NCBI RefSeq assembly: GCF_910592395.1 | Contig: NC_088308.1 | Coordinates: forward strand, 930,001-994,000 | DNA: 64,000 bases | Source of the DNA: Lineus longissimus | Taxonomy: Eukaryota | Direction: 5' to 3' | Shown: positions 1 to 12,809 of the stretch, one piece after another | Layout: every line of letters starts with the position of its first letter | How positions within the stretch are numbered: the first letter of the stretch is position 1 | Position numbers and translations under genes: made by a program | The notes under the pieces: generated by a model | What the model was told of the DNA's origin: nothing | Database searches by the model: none | What the model saw: only the letters and a program-made list of their open reading frames with translations

Positions 1-347
1 CATCGACGTATCGATATGATGCCGTATTATATCGATGCTGTAGTTTCCTCGTAACACGTGTAAAGTGGAAGCCTAGATGGATGAGATACGCGATCAGTGA
101 TGTGAATGAATACGATTTTGTTAATCCCGAGATGTCTTGGAATGTACGAACCTGTGCTTTTTGTACTGTGAATGTCTAAATCTGAAGCATTTGGCACGTG
201 TAGGAAAATAGTGTTCGAGAACATGCATATTTGAAATGAACAGGACTTTCGAACGACCTACGTCTGAAAGTTTCTCGACCAAGCCACATACATACAGGAA
301 CGCGTTCAGGATGTCAAGTCATGTCATCCATTTTGAGTAATGTGTAC

Positions 348-480
348 TGCTCCGCCCCATCCTAGAACTTTAGAGCACAGAAGCTTTAAGCTGGTTGTAT
401 GTCGGAGGGCTCCGCCCCATCCTCGACCTTCAGTGCACTGAACCCCTGAACTAATCATATGTCAAAGGTCTCCACCCTAA
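348..480. repeat. Degenerate ~60-bp tandem repeat (2-3 copies)
   Basis: gctccgccccatcct at 349 and 409, with a weaker third copy. Confidence 0.55.
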
Positions 481-3400
481 CACTGCAGAGCCTGCTAATA
501 AACATCACGATTTCCGTATCTATTCAAGCAATTCTATGAGCCAATTCCTGAGTTGACGCTACGAGCAGCTTAATCGTCTCAAATTTCAACTGGCAATTTT
601 CTTTGGCTGGTTGATTTCAATCAATAGTTGGACGCCCTGTGTTTTACAGGCAGCTGGGTCTCTTCAACTGCTGCTTAGACTTGCGGGTTTCGGTGCTTGA
701 CATTAACACAGTCCGATGCCCATATGGAGATTACAGCAACACCTATCCTGCTAGTTGGTAGAAAATCAGTGTACGTTTCATCAGATGGCTGAACACCAAA
801 GTATAACTGTGTAACTTTTTGTGAGGTTGATACTTTTCCCATTGATGTCAAATTGTAATTGAATTTGAATTGTCCATTCACCGCTTAAAAAGAGTTTTGG
901 TAGGTCAAACCATGGAGGTATTCCTCCATGGTCAAACCTACCAACCAACCGATGTCCGCCCAATATCCCCAAAGATAAGACCTTGAGCCTGAGTCACTTG
1001 TGCTTTTATCACGTTACATCCCAGGTCGGGTTCACCGGCCAAGCTTCCAGTAGGACTTTTTCATACGTGGTGCCTGTGTGCGCCGATCACTTATTCGGAT
1101 GTGAGGGTAAACATTTTACTTACATTACAAAATGTCTTGAACATCGTGCTCCAGCACTGTACGTGCTTGAGACTAACTTTGATGATGCACAGATCTCTTA
1201 TACATTGTGTTGGCGCCAATTGAAATAATTACAGTTTACGTTATTTACTGTTAATAATTGGACAAATATAAGGTAATAATTTCACTTCTTAATAATATGT
1301 TATTGATACAACTGCCTCATAAAATAAGATGCGCGAGTAACAGATCGTTTAAAAATCACCGTCGGTGTTAAACCTTGACAGATACAATGTATAATTCAGT
1401 GAAAGTGGCATATTTATCAACTATGTAAACGCCACAATGAGTTTTAGATGATTTAAAAAATGTCATCTGTTGAAGAGGCAAGCGATTGAAATAATGCCAA
1501 ACCTAGTTAACAAATAGCTCTGGCTTCTCGTGTTATCGCAGGTTCTGCTCACAGGGCGCTAATATGCTCTTTATCCGATCACATCATACCTATGCACATC
1601 ATACTTGCATTGTATTGAATACCGGCTAGACTCGGGCAAAGTTGACATACTCTCTTTTACACATTAAGAGGTAACACGATTGAAAGGTAACGCAGCCCAA
1701 TTCTATGTTCAATTAGCTACTAGAATTGTACATTTCCAATGGTGGTCATTACTATTTATCTTTGACCTTCTAATATTGATAGTGGGTGGTGTCACCAAGT
1801 TTACGAGGACTGACCTTTTAATGTGTAAAAGAGAGTATATCATAAGTCATGACCAATCGCCCCTTCGTCTTTTCCATACACATTCACACGTTTCCAGTTC
1901 CTAGCCATAGCAAGGCACTCACTATCAACGGTGTTTGAGTACGTTAATTACTAAGATATAGGAGCCAGTCATACAATGCTGGCTAACATAACCACAGTTA
2001 ATGAAGATTGCTTACACAAATATTTGCCTTCCCTGCCTTAGTGTGGGGGTTATTTCTTAGCCATAGTCAACAAGATTGATATGTGACTCTCTTATGAGAA
2101 GTGGTCGTTATTTATGCGCTTCCTTGTATAGGCTATGGGACGTTTTTAAACAACTTGTAATACAATAAACCAGCCGATGATCTTTAACTTACGGTACAAT
2201 TAGTCATGTCATCTTAAGCTTTGTTTATTGTCGGAATATTTGACCTTGAACCATGTGACAAAGAACGTCGTGTTTCTCAGCTTTTCTCGTTGTTTTTCGT
2301 TCTTGTTCCGATCTTTTACGGTTTGGCACGAATTGACATAATACGCCTTTGACCTTCGTCAAGAGAGAAGAAGTCCACCAAATCTACTCATGTTTCCTAC
2401 TTGGGTGAGATTTGCTTGTGTGTTGTCCATATTTCAGTGTTTCCATCAAAAGACAGCTAAAGTGACCATGACCTTTCAGTTAGGGAAACAGAGACAATCG
2501 TTTCCATCTGTTTTTTAGTGTTCCTCGTACAATGAGGGGAGATCACTCAGAAACGTAACCACTCAAAACTTTACACCGGGTAAAACGGAAAAACATCACT
2601 GGCAATGGGCTTCTGGTGGTTTCCTTACCCTTAAGACGTGCGTGTTGGGCTAATTCTGTTCTTGACTCAGACCCTGGGTTTCAGAGAAATCTAATTCGGT
2701 TTAATTGAATGTACGAGTGATTTGCGCGACCAGCAAACCAGATTGAACCTGCCCGGTCGCCAGCTTGTACGCATCAGCGGCCCGTATGTTATCGATCAGG
2801 TCGTGATTATCGCTGATTGTGCAGCCAGTCCAAACCAGTTTCGATCAAATTACGTTAGCCCTCTACAGAACAATGCCAGGAGCTCCCGCGGCCCACCGCA
2901 GGAGGACTCAAGTACTCGCTAAATGTGCTCCAACTGAGAGCGAAGCAATTGCAGTCACTTTGACCACTTTTTGTTGTTTGCCATTTTATGTGTTAAGTGC
3001 AAATTGATAAGCAGGAATTGTGGAGTGTGTTGCACTTCTTACCGGGCTGGACCTTGTATAAGATATGGTTGTGCCATCTGTCGTTTAGTCATCTTTCGAT
3101 GTAGTAATATAGGGGTTATATCTGCTGTCGGTTTGTGAAACATGACAGATTGAAGATAGATTTCAAAACCAACTTTAGCATTTTTCTACTTTGGGCTAAA
3201 GTTTGATTTAATTTCGATTACTCCAGCGATATGTTTTTGTGGCCAATAATGTGAACCATAGTCAAATATGATGCGAAATGACACCGGTTCTTTAAATCTG
3301 AGGAACATACTTACACCCAACCAAGCATAAGCTGTATTCATTGACACACACAACCTGAATTGCGAAAATAATCGTGATTCTGGATGAAATAATGATAAAG

Positions 3401-5773
3401 GACTTGCAGAGTTGCATCACGTCACGTGAAAGTACTACCAACTTCCCCAATGAGGCCATCAAACATATTTTTCTTCTCAGAGCCCGTAAAGCTGCTTATT
3501 AGCTGATAACGGCAATGATTTCGTGCTGACACAATATGGAATGATGTCATGTAATCTCACGTCATCCCAACACCTCCTCCGCTCTGTCTACTTGAAGTGT
3601 CCAACACCGAATCGGTCGCACTCCACATCACTGTACACGTACCGCGGTGGTGAAACAATTCCGAGAATGTCTTGTCAACCCGATCGGGGAAATGAGCCGT
3701 GAAACCCTTGACAGGTTGGACTCGGAATAATGGACGTAAACTGCATCAAACGACATTGATTTCTGTATGAAAAACACGCCACGTGAGAGGAATAAACAAA
3801 GAGCGGCAGTGTGTTTGTCATCGTTGTTTCTAATCCGAAACGTACACGTCGACTCAACGCAGGCGGCTCCCCGTAATCATAATGGTCGCAGTGCATATCA
3901 TTACGCTGAGGACATGCTGAAACCACTCTATGGAGTTGTGTGGGGTGGTTTCAATTTGGATTTTTGAAATATACTTGAACTTTACCCTGAAAAGATGTAA
4001 TGGTCATTCTTTAAATGTATAGTCATTTTCACTTGCAAGAAATCACAGGAGATGTTCCCGTCTCTCTGCCATCGGTATCTCGACAAGGTTGAGAAGAAAA
4101 TAGAAAACAGTCTGATATCTGGACCCGATAATCCACACGGTCGCATGCATTGACATTGAAGCTATCGCCTTTGTTCACTACCACCAGTGGTTCCATATAA
4201 TGATTATAGAACTTTATGACGAACGGTGCTGTTTGTAGTCTTTGAGTGAGATACCATTTAACTGGGACGGACTGATCACGTTCATCAAACAAGCTGCTTA
4301 CAGAGGCACGGTGATGCATGATTCTACAGATTCTTCCAAGATGTTACAGGTTGGCTTGCTTACTCATCAATTTCGGCTCGTGGAGGGTCAACCAGCCACA
4401 ACGCATCTCTAGATTCTAGCATCCCTCCTGGACGGTGAGAGGAACTAGTTTGCGCTACTAGGGTCAGTCCCTTTGAGTAATAAAGTGTTCACTCCATCAC
4501 ATGGCTCTGATTATCTGACATATTATGAGGAACTCATATTGGTTCATATTGAAACAGACAGCCTTTCAGTTCAAATGAGTCGTGTCTCAAGTGGTGTGAA
4601 AATCTGAATTCACAAATTAATTTTAAACGGAAATTGAATGTATTATGTGACTAATGGAGGAGCAATGCAAATTAGAATTTCGAAGAGAACCGATTTCTCG
4701 CACCCAAAATGGTCGTGCCGTATTGGCAACAAATAAGCCGTACCATACGCCCCAACATGCCTCTTCCCTGACTGTTATGAGATAAATAACTCTGGACCTT
4801 TCAATTTGCCCACTAGTATTCCAGTGAGCACAGAAACATTAGGGAACATCCGATTGACGTCTATGATAGACCTCACTAACAAGTTAAAATCAGAGTGACA
4901 AGTCTAATCCAGCTGTGTTTCCATTGAAGTTATCGCAGACAAGATGATGATGTGTATGTACGACTGGTAGAAATCGTTTGAATCGCATGAAACTGGTAGT
5001 TTGGGCAAATAGAGATAACGACCATTGTCTCTTGAGACCCATTCATAGTACGGCCATTAGCGACGTGCTTCACTTTTGATGACAGATGATAATATTCCGC
5101 CTGCTTTGGTATCGGGATGGTAAAATGATTGTTATTGACTTATCTGTATGAGTGTTTGTGCGCTGCTTGCCAAGTTACTTTCTCCGATACACAGACATTG
5201 GTTGGGAATGTATTATTTTGGTAGAAAAAACAAATTGAAGCCAAACCACTTTCACTAGAGTGAGCCAAGTGAATTAGAGTTTTGTGTTTCTCTCGAACTT
5301 TCCTATTCCAAAGTCATAACTTCCGCAACAAATTGTTTGTTGAGCACTTTTGCAATACTGGGAAAGCAATTGAATTCGTTGCCTTGGTTTACCAGATATG
5401 GCCAGCAGGTCAGTGAACTGTTATTGGTGTCTCGTAAGTTTGGATGGACCCCGGGGTGCTTAGTGCCAGTCCGAGCTTCAAGCCGTGGGAAGAGGTCGTG
5501 GACAGGTACTGAGACTATAATGTGGGGATATGGGCAACACTGAGCTAACGCAGAATCAGTGTTGGATATAATCATCTGAACATTTTCTGTGCACTGTGTC
5601 ATCCGGTGCCTGGCTTGTACCATATCAACTGAGACTTTATCATCGACCCAGTCGAACTAGATAACAACCCTTAGTTGATCTGTGCGTTGCAATCCCACTG
5701 CGGCCTTACAGACTTGGCATATTTGGGATTTAAACCAGGCATGTCAGACTCGCAGGTGTTATTTTGTCTGAAG

Positions 5774-5906
5774 CAGAAATTAACCGTGTGTAAATATTTC
5801 AATACTTAGCACGAACCCAAAACTTATTCTCACATGAAATTAACAGAAATTAACCGTGTGTAAATATTTCAATACTTAGCACGAACCCAAAACTTATTCT
5901 CACATG
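5774..5906. repeat. Tandem duplication (63 bp, period 70)
   Basis: cagaaattaaccgtgtg...ctcacatg at 5774 and 5844. Confidence 0.9.
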
Positions 5907-6051
5907 TTGAAGGATCGTTGTTGTTTAAGTCTGATTGGACCAAATCGAACTCGTACGATACACGGTTGTGGCGTCTTTGAGGTTGATATCCGATGTGTTT
6001 AGCTCTCCTTAACATACAAAACACGAATGCAAGATTTGCTCAAGCAGGGTG

Positions 6052-6476
6052 AGGGATCACTGCCACCTCAATGATTTGAACGGAACCAAGGGCAGTCAAT
6101 GAAACTACACGACTGTGGTGCAGTCCTTGAGACGCTGTGGCTTCTTTGAGGCTTATGTAAAGGGTCACTGCCACTTCAATGGCTTGAACGGACCCAAAGG
6201 CACAGTAAAACTACACGACTGTGGTGCAGTCCTTGAGACGCTGTGGGTTCTTTGAGGCTTATGTGAAGGGTCACTGCCACTTCAATGGCTTGAACGGACC
6301 CAAAGGCACAGTAAAACTACACGACTGTGGTGCAGTCCTTGAGACGCTGTGGCTTCTTTGAGGCTTATGTGAAGGGTCACTGCCACTTCAATGGCTTGAA
6401 CGGAACCAAAGGCACAGTAAAACTACACGACTGTGGTGCAGTCCTTGAGACGATGTGGCTTCTTGAGGCTTATGTT
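6052..6476. repeat. 106-bp tandem repeat, ~4 copies
   Basis: agggtcactgccacttcaatgg recurs at 6161, 6267 and 6373, with a diverged first copy. Confidence 0.93.
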
Positions 6477-9147
6477 TTGAATGCTTAAGCTTCTTTGTAT
6501 CCCAAACATGAAAATGTGAATCCAAGATTCACCGGGAGAATGATTACTGCTGTCTCAATCTCTTCCTGTGTCCAATCAATCACAAGAAGCAGCGACCAGT
6601 CTAGGTGAACCAGACGGACTCAATAATCGTGATATAATAATCATCTAATTGATTGCTCTGATAATGTAATGGATAGGGCTAATCAACTCGAACGCTGCCC
6701 AATTATTACTGTATGACATATTGGGAATAGAGTGCATGTCTACAGGTTTTAATGCCAAAGTGATGGATGTCTTTCCGACTTCGAAGCAGCATGCTTAATG
6801 CCCGAGCAGCTTTTATTGGATTTAAAGAATCTGTATAGAAGTAAATGCAAAATGCTTTATGGCATATTGGAGAAAAGTAGATGGTGCACCAACACGACCT
6901 GCAATGATGTGATGGATGGCAATTGGGAGCATGCTCTTATTGGAGTAGAACTTGGAAAAATACAAAATAGATATAAAAATATGATATAAAATCATCGATA
7001 TGACAAGCTGGGAGTAGAAAGGATTTAGACGTTGGATGTTGTGAACATGTTTTATTGGAGTATGATGGTGAACATTAAGGAATTGGGACAAAATGAAGTA
7101 ATGACAATGAAGTAGGATCTGAACTCTATTTGCAGCCATTGTCAGTATTCGGTGTGTGCGCGGATGCATTGACCATTTAGCCAGGGGATATATGTGTGTA
7201 TCAATGCTGCACCCATAAAACTTTGAAGACAAGTATCATGGACAGGAAAGACTAACCTTTCTTCAAACAAGTTGTCATCACGCTTTTAGATTTGTCAACA
7301 CTGCATTCGTTGAAGCCTAACTAGCGATGAAATCAAGTGTCATTTTGACAATCACGTAGCAACGTTATGATCGATCATCAAATAGGAAAAACTCATCTAC
7401 TTTATTGTATGATGAATGAGTCAAGGGCACCGGAACAAACACCTTTGCTCTCAGAGTGATCTGAGTCCCCGTCGTACAATGCTCTTGTCAGCCTGCACAT
7501 ACATGGTCAGAATCAAGGTGAGCTAATTGCCGTTTGTTGTTAACGCTCTTTCTAGTTGGCAGTTTCGATAAAGGGATGGAGAACGGTGATGGGAGTGCTT
7601 GCTATATCTGCCAAGGTCAATGACTTTGGGTACACACCTGATGACTGTGGTGGTTGTGATAAACTCTTCGTAACCTCAGTGACAAACTGCATCAAAAACA
7701 CCTCACAGCCAAAGCAACTCCTCACAAAAGATACGTCAAGTCATGCAGTATACGCAGTGTCTCGACCTGTATCAGACCTTTCATCCAGACATTCCCGAGG
7801 TTTATACTCTATTCTCTTCATTTATCATCCAGCAACATTCATGAACACCCAAAGAATAGAAATCACTTTTTCCATAGCCGTGTCTCTGCTATACAAACAG
7901 GATAACAACTGTCCCTACCCGAGAAAATGGTGATAGATTCCCGGCGGACACAAAAGAAGAAGATATTATCATGCGACTTAGTGCCATCAAGACGGATGTA
8001 CAAAGAGTTTGATGTTTCGGTGGCTGTGTCTATTGCAATTCGTGCTGTTGGTTATCTTGCAGTGAATGGGTCATGATCTTCGAATTTGACTGCTAACTAT
8101 TCTGTTGTACTCAGTTTGTTCGTAGTGATTTCGTCAATTTGGGTTCGGAGATGCTGTAAGAAGAAATTCAAGCAGTTCGGGCCTGAGTTAATACTACTGA
8201 TTTCGTCTATTCCGTGTCAGAACTCTTTTAGGAAAACATTAGTGTTGTAGCAGGAGGCTGGCTTGTATCACTAGCAGGAGACCTATTCCGAGTTTCGAAC
8301 AGTTTCCCTACATTTCCTAATTCTTCCGAGAACGTCCGACATCATCCGAGTTTTCTTTGAACGCTCGGATTTCCAGAAACCTATGGAATGTACTATAGAG
8401 CTTCAAGAAAAGGGTGTCACAGATCAAAGGCCAATGTTGAATGGGATCAATGATGTGTGAACCGAACAGCCAGACTGTCCTTTCAATTACCTTGATTAGT
8501 TGGCCGAAGTGTAGTCAGTTTAGTCCCTACAATAGTTCTACCTTATTGTTCTCTGCTTGTTCAGAGATATAAAGCGTTACCCTGGACTAATGGACATACA
8601 TGTACTATGATCGCATAGTAGACTATGTTGTCAGGTCGAGCCACTGGAACTATGCATGCGATCCCTGCCACATCGGGAGAGACAAACAGCAGAGCTTAAG
8701 TTTTTTTTTTAGATCTTGCCAAAGGTACTTGGCAGACCTCTTGTCACCTAACTGTAATAGTGCAATCACAAATAGTAATGACACACACCTGTGTATTATT
8801 ACATCGGCACTGACATCGGCACAAAATTCCAGTATGTCTTTGGTCGACTGGTGAAACGTTGATATACAATGGATGTCAGTCTGTTCTCTTAAGAGCTGTT
8901 TGGGAAGATTTTTCAATCTTCTTCAAATGGAAAGTATTGGAAGAATAATGTCACTGTTCTGCCACAGATTTTCTGTTGATACGCTTGTAGATTAGTTCGT
9001 TGTATTGGATATCCGCAACGGATGTCGGCCGGATATAAAACTTTCCCTGTGCACGACGAGACACTGCTTCTGTTAGAGTACCTTGGATCACAAAGCCATT
9101 GCAACGTGGTCGTATACGCATCTGCCGCTTTTCTATGACTCCAACCA

Positions 9148-9816
9148 TATAAAATGATAATGATACCAATAATAATAATAATAAAAACAAAAATAATGAT
9201 GATAATCAATACATGTACATGAATTAATAAATAACAACAAAATGAAGAGAGAAAATTTTTTGTGGATTCACGGGGGTCGAACCCGTGACCACCAGAACGA
9301 AAGTCCAGCATTCTAACCGTTCAGCCACCAAGGCTTTCATGTTAGGGTGGCTATTTTCTTCGCGTATGATAGCCAGTGTATGGCGATCAGAACCATGTGT
9401 GCAATAGAGTGAATTCTTATTTCACACAAGGTTCAGATACTGGCAGAGATAATATGCTTGAATCGCTGCATTGGAGAATGGGCACTGGTATCACAATAGT
9501 GCACACGGCAGTCGGTTCGACATCCGATTCGGACGAGACGCTGACCTTCACAGGTTCCGGCCATGCAATAAATAAGCAATACCTTGCCAACAGTCCCATC
9601 AATTCGTCATATAAGAATTCTCTTTTGTGAAGTCCCGCAACTCTGTTGTATGAGACGAGGTGGGAGGTATCTAGCGAGCTACTGCTTAGTGTCAATTTCG
9701 TCGCCGGATCGAACCGAATGGCTAATCGAGAATTTATGAAGTTTATTAGCACCATTTTATCCGGTGGCTCAATCACTCTCACAATGAGCGGCAGGTTCGA
9801 GGCTGTGATGAAGAGA
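9148..9816 (-). mobile_element. ~670-bp dispersed element, copy 1, with an internal tRNA-like segment and (ATT)n tail
   Basis: Near-identical to 10225-10887; Pol III box A and box B at ~9262-9333 on the minus strand; flanked by ~29-bp direct repeats. Confidence 0.75.
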
Positions 9817-10224
9817 CATCTGCCGCTATTTCTATGACTCCAACCAAATTACAGACCATACTCAGACCATCTTTCAAAATTGGAATACAAAATGAATAAA
9901 CCATCAACTACAAGTCAGACGTGGCATATGAAGCCTATAAATCAAGGTTTAGTACCAAGTATGCGGGGATCAAACAAATTGAATTAGTGAGAATATTCTC
10001 ATCTTAGTATAGGATGAATCAGAGACGTTCACTCGTGTGAATAAAAATGAATGTCAGAGTCAAATAAGGCATGTTTACGATCAGCAGCGCAAGTGAGATG
10101 GTTTGATGTATCTACTGCACCATTTGTGATGGAGTTAACACATGTACTCTCGTCGATGTCCACGTTAACACATTGTAAGATGTAATGTGCTCGATCGTGT
10201 AAAGCTCGGGTTAGGGGGCTTTCT

Positions 10225-10887
10225 TCATGATAATAATGATAATGATATCAATAATAATAAAAATAATGATAATCATATATGTACAAGAATGAATAAATAA
10301 CAACAAAATGAAGAGAGAAAAAAAGAGAAAAGTGTTGTGGATTCACGAGGAGTCGAACCCGTGACCACCAGAACGAAAGTCGAGCATTCTAACCGTTCAG
10401 CCACCAAGGCTTTCATGTTAGGGTGGCTATTTTCTTCGCCTCTGATAGCCAAGGTTTGGCTATCTGAACCATGTGTGCAATAGAGTGAATTTTTATTTCA
10501 CACAAGGTTCAGATACTGGCAGAGATGCTTGAATCGCTACTTTGGAGAATGGGCACTGGTATCACAATAATGCACTCGGCAGTCGGTTCGACATCCGATT
10601 CGGACGAGACGTCGACCTTCACAGGTTCCGGCCATGCAATAAATATGCAATACCTTGCCAACAGTCCCATCAATTCGTCATATAAGAATTCTCTTTTGTG
10701 AAGTCCCGCGACTCTGTTGTATGAGACGAGGTGGGAGGTATCTAGCGAGCTACTGCTTAGCGTCAATTTCGTCGCCGGATCGAACCCAATGACTAATCTA
10801 GAATGTATGAAGTTGATTAGCACCATTTTATCCGGTGGCTCAATCACTCTCACAATGAGCGGCAGGTTCGAGGCTGTGATGAAGAGA
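10225..10887 (-). mobile_element. ~660-bp dispersed element, copy 2
   Basis: Same sequence and same right boundary (gtgatgaagaga) as copy 1; explains the twin ORFs 9417-9782 and 10509-10853. Confidence 0.75.
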
Positions 10888-12309
10888 ATGTGGGTTTTTT
10901 TCTGACTTGGACGCGGCCAGTAGTTGATGAAGGTTCTGGCGATTCAGGTTTCTGTTGTCACATACCTGGATCAGTCGAAGTGTGTAGTTTCGGTTATTAC
11001 TTCACCGACAAGAATCCAAAAGATTAATGAATGCTTTATCAGCCGTACTGATACAAGTAGTTAAAGTGAAATAGTATGTGAAGGATTACACCAGGTATTA
11101 TCTTGGTGCTTTTAAAAAGTACACAGAAAATAGTTGGTGATAATCACCCACATTCTTCTGAGGAAATACTAGTAATCCAAATCCATTAATGTTTCTTTAG
11201 TCAGGGTCAACAATTTCCTATGATGTTCGATACGTTTCATGCAATTCCCATCCCAACGATTAACGTTTGCTATGGAAAAGGAAAAAAAGCTAAGCAGTTA
11301 GGGGAAATCTGATTTTATCGCAAATGGTGAGTAACATTACACCGAGCATCTTCTTCCTTGTCATTAAATCATTAAGTCAGCCGGTGATTTTCCCTCAACG
11401 AAAAATCTGATTATTTGAACAAAAAGATCAAAAAGATATAGCCCCTGGTATCTTCATCTCGATCGGAATGTGTGTTCTGAATCACTTCAGTGATAAGTCT
11501 TGCTTGCAGTCATATCGAAAGGGTATCTATCTGTACGTCCTGGATCACCAAGGTAGAAAATTCCTCAAACTTTTAGTTTTTGAAACCTCTCGAGTCAGAT
11601 TGTTATTGCCAAACGGAATGTATTTGGCTTTACTATTTGATTTCAAATCAGATCGTCAGCTGCTAGTTCTTGTGATCAGAGCGAGTAGATGTATTTATTC
11701 AATGTTTTGATAAGGTATTCACCTGTTGTTGGGCCATATGTTAAACAACCTTGTTGTACATGTGATTCACCCAGCTGGGCAAGTGTGTGATTGATTCATG
11801 TGGCTCTGAGGTCAAGGCAGTAAAACACAACTGTAGAAAACATGTCACTCCAAGTTAAACAAAGAACAAAAGCAAAGGCCGAACCTTACCATTGCATATT
11901 TTCTTGATGTTACTGTTATATTATGACAATACATTTTTCACCGCACTACAGAAGAGTGTCGAGAACCTACACATTTCACCAGACGAGTATTCCGTTTTTG
12001 CAATGATGCAAAGTAAATTATATATTCCGCAATATTTCAAGCGTTATGTGTGGTGCAGCTGATGTATCTCGCTAAAATAGAATAACATGTAATTGCCCCA
12101 TTGGGAATAAGATTTTAACGTAGCATGCAGCAAGTAATATATTTGTCTCCAGCAATTTGAAAGTTGTAAACTTTTGAAAAACGAGTGGTTTGGGTATTTT
12201 AATCTGATATACTTTCAAGTACTAATTTCAATAGGCAGCACATTTCCGATGTAGGCCATAAACCATCATAAGGAAGACCACATTCCATTCTTTCACTATA
12301 GCCTGTACA

Positions 12310-12542
12310 TCATTCAAAGAAATACGAGCCAAACAATCTACATGTACCATCATAACGAAGATACACAAAGGAACGACACATTTTCAGCATTTCATCAATA
12401 AATGTGCACGTTCGGTGACAACCACTTCCTCTTATGACGGAAGTTGCACTCCCTTCTTCGGATAGTGTGTTTTCCTCTTCCGAATGCATTCTCAGAACTA
12501 TACGGTCAAGGTCACGAGGGGATGATTCATAAACATAAACAT
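12310..12542 (-). pseudogene. Isolated PAN/Apple-domain-like exon or gene fragment
   Basis: CHRTC...CRSFVY...GTCRLF fits the PAN pattern; possible acceptor at 12543-12544; TGA follows soon after the fourth Cys; no partner exons found. Confidence 0.45.
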
Positions 12543-12583
12543 CTGACAAGTTTGATTGCACCATGTATCAGCGAACACGTCCC

Positions 12584-12809
12584 TAAGGTCGGGGTTATAT
12601 AGGTTTCACTTTGTCACTTGTCATGTTTCACTTGTCACGCGTTAACTGACTTAGGCTTGAAAACACGACGCGAGGGTATAAAGTGACCTCGTGAATCATA
12701 ACATGTAGCCCGCTCTTTGGAAATGACCTGTTCGTTCTTCACGTCAAGCATGACAAGTGAACAGTGATACGTTACATGTGAAAACGTGAACTCCATAATC
12801 GTGGCCTTA
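12584..12809. mobile_element. MITE family C (~225 bp)
   Basis: Imperfect TIRs taagg..ttat..gtt(t)cac; related copies at ~34682-34800 and inverted at ~58620-58825. Confidence 0.6.

Noticed and set aside
675..990. Minus-strand terminal exon
   Set aside because: Two competing frames, in-frame stops upstream and no domain; I cannot support either frame.
8650..8916. ORFs sharing ITLLQFSDKRSAKY (also 39191-39379 and 63300-63482)
   Set aside because: Chance translation of MITE family A, not a protein family.
9262..9333. tRNA gene (also at ~10337-10410 and 56799-56878)
   Set aside because: Box A and box B are present but the acceptor stem does not pair, and the first two sit inside a duplicated element.
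9417..10853. Duplicated 121-aa and 114-aa ORFs as paralogous genes
   Set aside because: They lie within the repeated element, have no recognisable domain and differ at their ends by indels.
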